Shown: piece by piece, positions 23,433 through 35,139 of the stretch
Layout: every line of letters starts with the position of its first letter
Position numbering within the stretch: position 1 is the stretch's first letter
Source: Octopus sinensis
Taxonomy: Eukaryota
Direction: 5' to 3'
Assembly (NCBI RefSeq): GCF_006345805.1
Contig: NC_042997.1
Coordinates: 45,508,001-45,572,000, forward strand
DNA length: 64,000 bases
Notes under the pieces: generated by a model
Told to the model about the DNA's origin: nothing
The model's database searches: none
Seen by the model: only the letters and a program-made list of their open reading frames with translations
Translations under genes and position numbers: made by a program

Positions 23433-25598
23433 AAGAATGACAAAAGATTTATTTTTCAGTTATTTCTTAGTCAGAAGACAAACAATGACTACAACCATTT
23501 TTTTGCAGATACTTTGTTTGATGAAATTGATACTGTTTAAACTCAGGTTGAAAATCTGCAAGAACATCCATTGGATGTGCAATGTAAGTGCACAAGAACA
23601 ACACGGTACAAATGTGCCAAGTGAAATACTGGGTAAAAGAGGAATCAGATGTAATGTGCATGACAGAAGACTGTGTTGGTATGCGCTGCATACAGATGAG
23701 GACAACTGCATAAAGTGCTGATCAATCAACATGAAATTTTGCTGAAAGATTTAATTTAGAAATTTATAAAGTAAGAAGTTTGTACCATAGAGCCAAAGCA
23801 GTATCGGGTGGGTTGGTTTCAAAATGTTTAATAATAATTATCACAAGCTAAATTAATTAAGTGATCAGCAATTAACAATGTACATATTAATTGATTAATA
23901 GAGAAACAAACATGACAATATCTTTCTCAAATGGCAAACTAAATCAAGGCCAGAGACTCAGTTCGTGATAGAAATTACTTCTATCTTTATATAATACTTG
24001 GGATCAGAATATTTTTCATGAGAGTAAATCCAGAACTTAGTAGAATTAGTCCAGCATTTTAAAATCCAAAGCTGTATTACTGTTTTCCATTAGATGACAG
24101 AGGAAAAGTTAATGATAATGGCTAGTGACATAACATGCCTGCCTTGTCACTTTGCTAAGAGAGCTTTCATTTCATCAAAGTTTAGTCTATCTGCAAAACC
24201 ATAATCTCTATAAGAATATGCTGAGGGTTATTTATACAGCAACAATATATATCAACATGAAACAAACCACTTTGAAAATTAGTCACACACACACACTGAT
24301 AAACGCTTTTATACAAGGATAAAAACAAAAAACAAGATTCGTTTTATTGTAGCCAAGGTCAGCTGCCCAGCAGATGTGACTGTTTCATCTGAAGTGAAAG
24401 AGAAGTATGCATAGGACGAACCACTTGGAAAGCCACTAACCATTTTCTACTGTCAAGTAATTCTGGTTAATAGCCATCATCATGTTGGGTACTTAGGCTA
24501 CAGAAAAGTGGATTTAAACTGAAAAACCCAGGGTTCTCAAGAAAAGAGCATCTCACATTCTTCAGATTCAATTTGTGAATATTTATAAGACATAGAACAA
24601 ACAAACAAACACACACACATACACGCATTAATATTACTGTCTTATTACATTTACTTCACCATGCCAGCATAGGTTAGATGTGACATTTCGAGGCAGTTTT
24701 ATTGGTGGATGTCCTCCTGCGTGCCAGTCTTTTTTGTCACCTGTTAAAACACTCAGGTAAGTGTATTTATGAGAAAAAAAACTAGGATACTCACATGTGC
24801 ATGCACACACACAAACATATATTGTGGTAATTGGAAGTGCTATGCCCCACAGAGTGGACCAGTGGATTCCTTCTAGGCTCAGGAATCTTTAGGATGATAC
24901 AGGGTGAAAAAGATAGTGATAGGGGTGTTTTAGAATAATGTGGGTAGGGATCACAGGGCATAGGTTAGTTTGCTATTATTTCTTTTGTTTGTAGAAAGCA
25001 CCATTAAATTTCAATTTTTCCTCTTAGAGTAAAGAGTTGATGTCTGAAATTTGAACAACAGTATGTTAATGTATGAATGCATGTATTTGTCTGAATATGT
25101 AGCTGTGTGCTTGAAAGGGTTAATGTAGAAAGATAATTGCCACATATGCTGTATACATGTGTGTGTGTGTATAGAAGTGTCTATAAGTTGATATAGTTGT
25201 GTAGAGAGTTCTTGTTGATCATACTACAGGAACACTCATTTATCAAAATCCGTGAAAGAATCCATTAATATTATGCATTCATTTGTTCAATTAATGTCCA
25301 GTTATCTATGCAAGCAGGGGTTAGACAGATAGTTATCTGAAGCAGGATTTTCTGGCTGGATGCTCATCCTGTCACCAACCCATACCATTGTACATGTCAG
25401 ACTCTGAATTTACAACTAAACACAAATATAGTGCACACAATGGACTTTTGCAGTTCCCATCAACCAACTTTCACTCACAAGATTTAACTCTTTCGCTTTC
25501 AGATTTCTCTATCAAAAGTAATACTTAATTATTCACATTGTTTTGAATTAATCATGCATAACCTTGCTGTTCTGAGATTTTGATGATGTGATTGCTTC

Positions 25599-26031
25599 GG
25601 GCGAAATTCTTAGCGGTATTTCGTCTGCCGTTACGTTCTGAGTTCAAATTCTGCTGAGGTCGACTTTGCCTTTCATCCTTTCGGGGTCGATAAATTAAGT
25701 ACCAGTTATGCACTGGGGTCGATGTAATCGACTTAATACCTATGTCTGTCCTTGTTTGTCCCCTCTGTGTTTAGACCCTTGTGGTCAATAAAGAAATAAG
25801 AATCACAAGTGAAGTGGTCAACCTTAATAGAAATACCTGTAGTTTTATCTTATATCTTTCAAAATCTAATAAAAACATTAGTTAAATGTAATGTGTGCTT
25901 ATGTCTTTGGCTCTTCTCTGTCAGTTTTCATCAGTGATCTGCACATACTGGGGTCGATGTAATCGACTTAATACCTATGTCTGTCCTTGTTTGTCCCTCT
26001 GTGTTTAGCCCCTTGTGGGCAATAAAGAAAT
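25599..26031 (+). mobile_element. Family A2 SINE (25599-25800) plus a second tail-only copy (25945-26031)
   Basis: Both share the variant TAATACCTATGTCTGTCC. Confidence 0.85.
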
Positions 26032-26261
26032 ATATTTTTAGAATAACATTGGTGAGTAGGTGTGAGAGGCCAGAATCTAGCTAATTTGGACATAAAACAG
26101 GTAGAACATTTTGGCTGGATATGGCCTGTTTTAATACTAAAGAGTTCAGTCTACTCAAAGTTATGTCTCACACTAACCATTGTCTGAATGGGTTGGTGCA
26201 CACCAACCCATTCAGACTGGTTGCTGAATGAGTTGGTGAAGATTCACCCACCCATTCAGCA

Positions 26262-26375
26262 AATGGCAGAGAGTTTCATGTTCCTGTCCATCAAACAGTC
26301 TTCATCACAACTGTCCAATGAACGGGAACGTGAAACTCTGAGTAACAGTCTTTGTGATAGTTTTGCAGCTTTATT
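26262..26375. repeat. Palindromic element with a 29-bp stem
   Basis: AGAGTTTCATGTTCCTGTCCATCAAACAG versus rc arm AGAGTTTCACGTTCCCGTTCATTGGACAG; all six differences are transitions. Confidence 0.75.
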
Positions 26376-26689
26376 AAAAGTGTGTGTGTGTATATGTAAA
26401 CACATACATACATACATGTGCGAGTGTGCATGCACACACATGCAATGGCCTTCCAGTAGTTTTCATCTACCGAATTAATTGACAAGATATTTGTTGGCCC
26501 AGGGATATAGTAGGCAAATTCCGAGTTGCTCCGCAGTGGATCGGAATCAAATCTGAGAATATGTGGTGATGCAAAATGAACTTCTCAAGCACACCATGCC
26601 TGCACCTGTAATGCACAACCACCCACCCATCCACACCCACATATTCTAGGTCAAGGCTTACTTTCAGTGCTACTCTGAGCATTAGCCAG

Positions 26690-26893
26690 TTACCCAGTTA
26701 CATTGGTAGATATATTCTTCCCTGGATGGGACGCTGGTCTATCGCCAGATTTCTCATTTTTTCCATCTGAGTGGACTGCAGCAACATGAAACGAAGTGCT
26801 TTGCACAAGAACAAAATGCATTGCCTGGTCCAAGAATTGAAACTACAAACCTAAGATCATGAGTCCAATGCCCAACCACTAAGCCATGCGCCT
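26690..26893 (-). mobile_element. Family D SINE, decayed
   Basis: tRNA-like head and CORE-like segment similar to 376-681 and 42218-42455. Confidence 0.7.
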
Positions 26894-27025
26894 TCACTTC
26901 TCTACTTCCAGTACAGATAAAATTCTACTATAGATGAATAGATCCAACCATCTCTATTGAATATTTCCTTCATATACCTGCCTGTAAATGGAAACGTGTG
27001 TGTGTGTATATTTGTTAGCATATGT

Positions 27026-27075
<50 letters not shown>

Positions 27076-27919
27076 GTACACACACATATATATTTGTGTG
27101 TGTATGTGTGAAAGATAGTATTAATGAAGAATAAGAGGAGAGAATGGGGTGGGTGGGAGGGACAAATGAGAAGAGATAAAGATAATTTGTCTTAAACCTT
27201 GTTCTGCTCTAGATTAATTACTAGAAGGTTTAAGGATAAATCATGGAATCTAATCTTCCTTCCTTTCTCTCTCTCTCTCTTTGATAACCTACATATCCAT
27301 TTCTGGAAACATGAAGGCACTGCTGATTATATGGAAGTGCTGACAGTTGAGAGAAAGAGAGGAATCTAGGACCATTTATTTTATGCTATAAATTATTCTC
27401 CATGAAAATGTCAACACTTTTTATGTCTTTTGTTTATATTCTTTATAGGGTATATTTTTATTTGCCCTCCCCTCCTTCTCTTGGCAGGGTTAATGATGGG
27501 CGGATGGTAGGGGTTGCTGCTTGAATAATTAGGGTAAATATGTGTGAAAATATGATTTGCTCTGTCTGATAACAAAGTCTTCAATAAATGGTGAACAACA
27601 GCTAGCAGTATCAGCATCAAGGAAATATCCCAAATAATATATACAGCTGCAGTAGGAATTTCTTTTCTATTCCTCTCTCAACTTAGATTCTGTATCTTAT
27701 ATATTTTGGATTTGCTGCTTTCTCTTCTGTTCGTTCCTTTCTGGCAAGTCTTTGTTGTGTAGTTTTTGGGGGTTTTTTTTTCTGCTTTTAGGCTTTTTTT
27801 TTTCGGTGGGGGGGGTCTGTTTTTTTTTCTTATTTATTTTTTATTTTGGCATATGATGTTTCCTTTGGCATATGATGTTTATGATGTGATATTATAGAAG
27901 TTATTGAAGCTTGGATAAA

Positions 27920-27966
<47 letters not shown>

Positions 27967-28554
27967 AAACAGACAAGATAAAGAGAAAAACAGATGCAAG
28001 AAGCAGGAGATAGAGACAGAAATGCAAAGGAAGAATATGAAGGTGAATAGCCAGGGACATAGAAGGAACTAGATACAAATAAGAGTGGTTTAAAGGGATG
28101 AAAAATAGACAAGAATTATCGAAAATATCAGGAGAGAGAGAGAGAGTGAGAAGGAAATGGAGAGAGAGAGAGAGAGGAAAAGAAAGACAGAGAAATTGAT
28201 ACAGAAAAGAAGAGAGAGAACATATGAGAGAAAGACAGGGGGGGGGGGGCAGGAAGATAAAAAGACAGGAGTGTGAGCCGAACTACCTTTAGCTATTAAG
28301 AAGTCTAGACGATATTTGGATCTCGAGTGGCATCGAAATATTGACGTATCATATTATAAATGAGCCCAAAGGGCTTCCTAGGCCCCAGGGCTACAACACC
28401 TATGATACTTAGCGTACTCAGAGGGGGGTTAGAATAATATTCGTATGAACGTGGATTAAAAGGGATAAAAATCAGCAGTTCCCTTAACATAAATAAGCCT
28501 ACAATTAAGATGGTTTTATCGTGAAATGATAATCATCTTCATACATATATATAC

Positions 28555-28680
28555 TGCTGCTTCCATTTGCAGCAACCCGTGATTTGTGGTTTCTCTTCCT
28601 CCTGCTGCCATACTGGAGGCAGTCTTGGAGGCCCTGCTCAAATGACGTATGACTAAGTAAATTAGGGGTCGGTACTACTT
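28555..28680 (-). promoter_or_regulatory. Candidate promoter and first exon (ATG at 28611: MAAGGRETTNHGLLQMEAA|gtatat)
   Basis: AGTATGGCAGC start context (YY1-like), TGACGTA CRE-like motif just upstream, at the CpG-poor/CpG-rich transition. Confidence 0.3.
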
Positions 28681-28682
28681 AA

Positions 28683-28954
28683 GAAGAGTGGTCCCGGTGC
28701 GCGCACTCGCGCATCCGCGCTAGCTAGTCGTGACTAGTCGATCCTACAACGACTACCTAGCAAAGTAAATAAAACACAAAATAAATAATTTTTTTACACA
28801 AAGTAAATGATTTTGTTAAAACAAAGTAAATAAAACACAAAAACACAAAGTAAATAATATTTTTTAAAACAAAAGTAAATAAAACACAAAAACACAGTCA
28901 CGACTAGCTAGCGGATGCGCGAGTACGCGAGTGCGCGCACCGGGATCACTCTTC
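28683..28954. mobile_element. 272-bp MITE, 53/59-bp TIRs, TTAA on both sides (Kolobok-like)
   Basis: TIR GAAGAGTG(G/A)TCCCGGTGCGCGCACTCGCG...CTAGCTAGTCGTGACT; one substitution and two microduplication indels; A-rich tandem interior. Confidence 0.9.
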
Positions 28955-29993
28955 TTAATTAGTGCCTAAGGGGGTCTTGTTAATTTCGAATGCATTCGGA
29001 AACCCAACAAAATTTAAATGAATACATCCATGTACCATATTCCAGTCTTTAAATACATTTACGTAGTCTATGATTACGTTCAAATCTATGATGTATCATA
29101 AAAATATAAACTGACCCCAGTATTTAACAGCTCTGAAAATGACCTAAGGCAAAGGGCATTCAAGAATCTTAACTTAAAAAGGAAAAAAGAAAAAAACACG
29201 GGTTATTTTGTCAGACCTCTCTAACTATTCTTCCAGCCCACCTCATTAATTAAAATAAACTGGCGAAATTAAAGATTTTTTTCTTTTGGACATCAGCACC
29301 TGATTTTTGCAACACGGGGTGTTGCTAGAGTCGATTGAATTCGATTTTAGTATAGATTAGCGGTTTTTGTTCCGTTTTTCTCTTTGTCTTTTTAAATTTT
29401 TTTATCGACTTTTGTAAAATTTCGAGTTGAAAAATCTGTGTACAGCTACCGTAAAATGTTTAATCTGGCTATCAGCAGAACATTAGTGCGTGTTTAATTC
29501 ATCACTTGAATCAAAATGGAATATTATCACATAAATTTTTCAAATTTAAATATTGCTTCTTTTTTTTTTTCTCCAAAGGCAATAATGAGCGTCACAACTT
29601 CGCATTGCTTCCTTACTTTTGAATTTGAAGTTTAATGTCTATGATCTAAACGTTGTGTGTGTGTGTGTTTTACAGTGCTTAAAACAAGTAATTGAAAATT
29701 CTGATAGGCCAAAAATCACAAATTACAGTTTCAGCTTTCTTTATAATAAAGCATATCTAGTTGAGTTTCAAAAACAATAAAATAACAAGAAGAAAAGTAA
29801 AGAAGCTTCTGTTAAATTGAAAACATAATTAATCGATATAAAGCATAATTAAGTTAATTAAGTAATCAAACTCACGGTATCTAATGTAGAAGTTATAAAT
29901 TATATCATAAATCATTCTTCATACATATTTTCCTACAAACATTCAAACTATGGAAGCACCTTCAAGAGCAACACTTTGAATCGGTAGACAAAC

Positions 29994-30031
<38 letters not shown>

Positions 30032-30181
30032 TATATTATATTATATATATATATATTATATATATATAAAGTTATGTATGTGTGCGCGTATGTATATATG
30101 ATAGATACATAGATAGATACACACAGATACATAAATGCATACGCATATATACACACACATGCATAAATGCATACCCACAAC

Positions 30182-30257
<76 letters not shown>

Positions 30258-30312
30258 AAATACACTGCTTTATTTTGAGTTTGCTGCTGTTATATATATA
30301 TATATATAATAT

Positions 30313-30355
<43 letters not shown>

Positions 30356-30525
30356 GGGTGAATTCACAAAATGAAAGCAAAAAAACAAAAGATGAAGACA
30401 GGCGGTGTAGACAACAAACAGATGTATTAGTTTGACGCTCGAGAAGTGAAAAAAGTCTTTAATGCTTCGAGCCTACGCTCTTCCACAGAACGGAACACAG
30501 AAAGAATCAAGGAGAGAAAATAAAG
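30356..30525 (-). mobile_element. Penelope-like pseudo-LTR with decayed hammerhead (30455-30493)
   Basis: CTGTGGA A GAGC GTAG GCTC GAA GCAT T AAAG; homologous to 47350-47490 and 41850-41960. Confidence 0.65.
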
Positions 30526-30540
30526 AATGTGTAATGGTTC

Positions 30541-30610
<70 letters not shown>

Positions 30611-30617
30611 GTATATA

Positions 30618-30673
<56 letters not shown>

Positions 30674-30785
30674 TGTGTGTGTGCGTGTGTGTGTGTGTGC
30701 ATAAGCATGAAAGAGAAGTATATGCACATATTGATGTGCAATGAATTGCAAGAGACATGTTGCAGAGTATTTTGTCAATGTCTTC

Positions 30786-30864
<79 letters not shown>

Positions 30865-31923
30865 GGTGAGTGTATGTGTGTATACCTTCGTTCATAGTCT
30901 ACTATATATCACAATTCATAAACACCTTTTGTTTATATTTCTGATAACACCATGTCTACACAGCCAGTTCTAATGATTATTCTTCAGTCTCACTGTACAT
31001 ATTCTATTTATTCATTTTATTTATTAGTTTTAACTTAAATATCCGGCGTGCGTAGTGAATTTAATATCATATATTAGCTTATTAGCTTAAAAAAAAAATT
31101 CAAAAACCAAAAACATGGCAGTCATCACATACTGTCTGCCAAAAGGATGTCGCCGAATAAGCAAAATTTAGTGACTATCCATCCCTTGAACATTTGTAAT
31201 GAAGAAGCAGAAGCCAGTTCCAACACAATACCGTTTATTAGTTATGGCAGACACAAAGGTTGTGCACAAATTTACTAAATAGGTGGCTTTTTCACTCGTA
31301 AAACAAAAATGTAACAACAGTAATGTACACAATAACAGCAACAATAATGGTGTATCTTTTATTATCATCGCCATCATCATCATTATTGTTATAATAACGA
31401 TGATATGATAATAAAAGGAGATAAAAATCTTTTCGAATGAGAGATCGAAGATCGAAGTCACGAACTTTGAATTTTAAATAACAATTTAGTTTAACCAATA
31501 CTGTCTCTCGCCTTTACTATATCGTTTTGTTTTTTTTTTAATTATTTTTATACTTCTTTTTCTTTGTTTGGTTTTAATTAGAACGAAATCGTTAATGGTG
31601 CCACTTTGAAGTCTTAACTAGAGTCAACATGTACATCCGGTTTCTTTATTTCTATATTATAATTATATCTTTATTATTATTTTTATATATTTATTATTAT
31701 TTTTATATATTTATTATATTTTTTGCAGGATGCCTAAGAATTATATATATATATATATAATTCTTTATATAACCCTTTATATTCTTTCCGTCCTGAGTAT
31801 TTTAAAAGAGTAAATATTCCATTGATATTATTCAACATGCTAATATCGTGGTATTTCAAAGACTTCAAAAGCAGTTTAAATAAGTATAAGCACAATATTT
31901 AAAGAAAAAAAAATGAATGAATA

Positions 31924-31968
<45 letters not shown>

Positions 31969-32102
31969 GCGTAGAAGTGAACGGTAAGTGAACGGGGTAA
32001 ACTCGACCTAATTTTATATATTTGCTTCGAATAAAATATTAAATAACTAGCTGACCCTGTACAGTCAAAAATGACGGCTAATTGTAGTATTTTATACACA
32101 AA

Positions 32103-32488
32103 CTAGCAGTATCGCCCGGCGTTGCTCGGGTTTGTAAGGGAAATAACTATATAAGCATTTTTAGAGAGTTATATCCAAAAAATGCATTAAAAGTGGGAAA
32201 AAAATTATGGTAATTTATTTTTAAAATCGTTGACTCATCGTAGACATTTTTAGAGAGTTACTTCCCTTATATAATAGCGAAAAAAATGCATTAAAATGGA
32301 AAAAATTATGGTAATTTTTTTTTAAATCGTAGACTCATCGTAGACGCGCGCTAATACCCAGAAGGGCTCGATATGAATCACGACTATAAAATACCCGGTT
32401 TTGGTTAAACTGCACCGCAAAATGTGGGAGTAGTTAGGAATCTAAATCGTAGGAGACAGACACACAACTTCACTTTTATATATAAAGA
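32103..32488 (-). mobile_element. Non-autonomous Helitron, 386 bp
   Basis: A|TC 5' end, hairpin CCCGAGCAACGCCGGG, CTAG|T 3' end, no TSD, internal about 95-bp tandem duplication. Confidence 0.9.
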
Positions 32489-32770
32489 TAAAGTATAAAA
32501 TAAGCTATATAATAATCAGATACAAACATTCTCATACTTCCCCTTGTACCTACACACATGTACTCAGAGTTGAAATGCTGTTTGATTTTTCTTTTCAGCA
32601 TTGAACGTTCACCATCCCATTTCCATTGCAATTACTTTTCTCACTCTCTTTCAGTCAAGACTATTACTCTCACTACTTCTCCTTCACTGAATTACTATTT
32701 TCTCTCCTCTCCCTTCACTTATACTACTCTTTTTCCTACTCCATCCTATCCCTACTCTGTGATTTTGTAG

Positions 32771-32847
<77 letters not shown>

Positions 32848-33348
32848 AATTGAGATAGGGGTTGGTAAATGCAACCCACCATGGGATACCATATATCCAA
32901 TATACTGCTAGTGAGGTACCCAACAAAGTTAATACATAAATGTTAAGAATTGCGATACAATTAATTCATTTATTGTATTATATGGGCAAAGGTAAAATGT
33001 TTTACCACAAATTCATAATACAAAACACTCCATTTTCTTATTTTGTATTATATATATATACGTAACAACACTACGGTCGTTATCATATTAGGAGATATAA
33101 CTATGTTGAATTTCTCAACATGTTCAAATTACGTGTTATCACGCACACGCACACACAGACATGCACGCGCACATTTCTTAAGATGAGTATATTCTCTTTC
33201 AAGTTTTTTTTTCTTTTTTTTTGGTTGACACAAACGTTGAACGTAGTCCCAATGAATTTCTTATTAGTTGTAGAGCACTCTCACTGAATAAATACTTCGA
33301 CTAAGATGTAACTCATGAGGTTCATGGGTGTCTGGTTACTCACCCTTG

Positions 33349-33491
<143 letters not shown>

Positions 33492-33974
33492 ATATCTCTG
33501 TCTCATATATATATATAATAGGCATTCACCTGTGTGATAGCATAATTCATGATTGGTTTAGAAGTTGATTTATGCTATTGATTGGAGAAGAAAGCTTGTA
33601 TGGCTTATCTGAAGATCGGTCAACAAACCATGAAACGGCCAGTCAGTAAACTCTCGCCCCCTATTTCTTGCATATCAATAGTATAGAAAGACTGTGCTTA
33701 TATCCTTACTTAATCCACAGTGAGGCTTTATGGTAAATGAATATATTTCACTTCTGACTTACGCTGTGCTATGCATGCATACACACACACATATGTACAT
33801 ACATATGTATGTATGCAAGGATGAATATATGTACATACATGTACTTGTGTGTTTGTGCGTGTGTGTGTGTGTGTGTATGCGTGTGTGTGTGTAGTACAAC
33901 AACGGGTAATATTCACTGAAAAAGGAATCAATACAAGAGTATAGTCTAAATATTTTATTAGACGGAAATTCAAG

Positions 33975-34020
33975 TGACTGCAGATTCGAAGTTTTGCCGG
34001 AAATGGCTCGTCAGGCAGTA
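33975..34020 (-). ncRNA. Decayed type-I hammerhead ribozyme motif
   Basis: ACTGC CTGACGA GCC ATTTCC GGC AAAA C TTCGAA TC T GCAGT: stems I and II intact, G12 replaced by A at a CpG. Confidence 0.55.
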
Positions 34021-34419
34021 AAAGGTAAGAGCTGCAAGAAGCTATGAATTAGAAATTATAGGTGTGTGTATGTGCGCGCGCATAGATATATAAACACATA
34101 AATATAACAAAAAAGTAAACATGCACATAAACAGCTATAACTATACATGTATATATGTTTATATTATAGTTGAAAATATTTTTTTTAATGTCTTCTTGTC
34201 TGTATGCGAATGCGTAATTGCCTGCGTCTATATTTTTCACACACACGTATATATATGCATATGTATGTGTTTATATATTTATAGTAATATATCTCCCTTT
34301 ATTTATATATTCACAAAACTCTTTGCACCGTGATTGAAAATTCCTCGTCAATCAAGCTGTCAGAAATACAGTGAATCAGTAGGAAACCTGTGCCACCAGC
34401 GACGATATTGTTGGCATAT

Positions 34420-34622
34420 TCTTTTTCTACTCTAGGTACAATGCCCGAAATTTTGTAGGGAGGGAGCTAGTCGATTAGATCGATCCCAGTATGCAACTGG
34501 TACTTAATTTATCGATCCCGAAAGGATGAAAGGCAAAGTCGACATCGGCGGAATTTGAACTCAGAACGTAAAGACAGACGAAATATCGGTAAGCATTTCG
34601 CCCGGCGTGCTAGCTCGCCGCC
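34420..34622 (-). mobile_element. Family A SINE, CpG-intact
   Basis: Close match to the family A consensus. Confidence 0.9.
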
Positions 34623-34754
34623 TTCATGTGTTTGCATGTTGCTGTATGAAACAGACAGATAAATGTAACTGGACGTGCTTTCCCTCCAGAATTTGTGATC
34701 TGTATGCCAAAATGCCAGGGATGTATGAACCCGATGGTGCTCATATACGGTTAA

Positions 34755-35139
34755 TCTCTCTCTATATAAACGGCAGTTTGTCTGTGTGCGTGTCTGTGTG
34801 TCTGTTAGGTTGTACCCTCACTCTGACCACGGCTTTCAACCGATTCTGATGAAACTTGGCACACACATAGCCCAATGTCATAATTCAAAACTAACGCAGC
34901 GAAAAGTTTGAAAAGTTCCCCCAGTTCTGAAAAAAATCGATAAATTCGACATGGGGTCGAGAATCAGAAACACAAACCACAGACTGTCTAGGGGACGCAA
35001 CTCGATCTTTTTAACTCTCAAAAAAAATTTACCATAATTTTTTTTCCATTTTTTTGCTATTTTTTTGGCTATAACTCTCTAAAAATGCTTTATAGTTATT
35101 TCCCTTACAAACCCGAGCAACGCCGGGCGATACTGCTAG
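34755..35139 (+). mobile_element. Non-autonomous Helitron, 385 bp
   Basis: A|TC start, (GTCT/GTGT) microsatellite, CCGATTCTGATGAAACTTGGCACAC motif, same hairpin and CTAG|T end as 32103-32488. Confidence 0.9.

Noticed and set aside
23404-23732. Three overlapping ORFs in unique sequence
   Set aside because: No recognisable domain, no convincing donor, and open on both strands.
32046-32085. Second Helitron-like CTAG end with hairpin
   Set aside because: More similar to a decayed family E segment; no matching 5' TC end.
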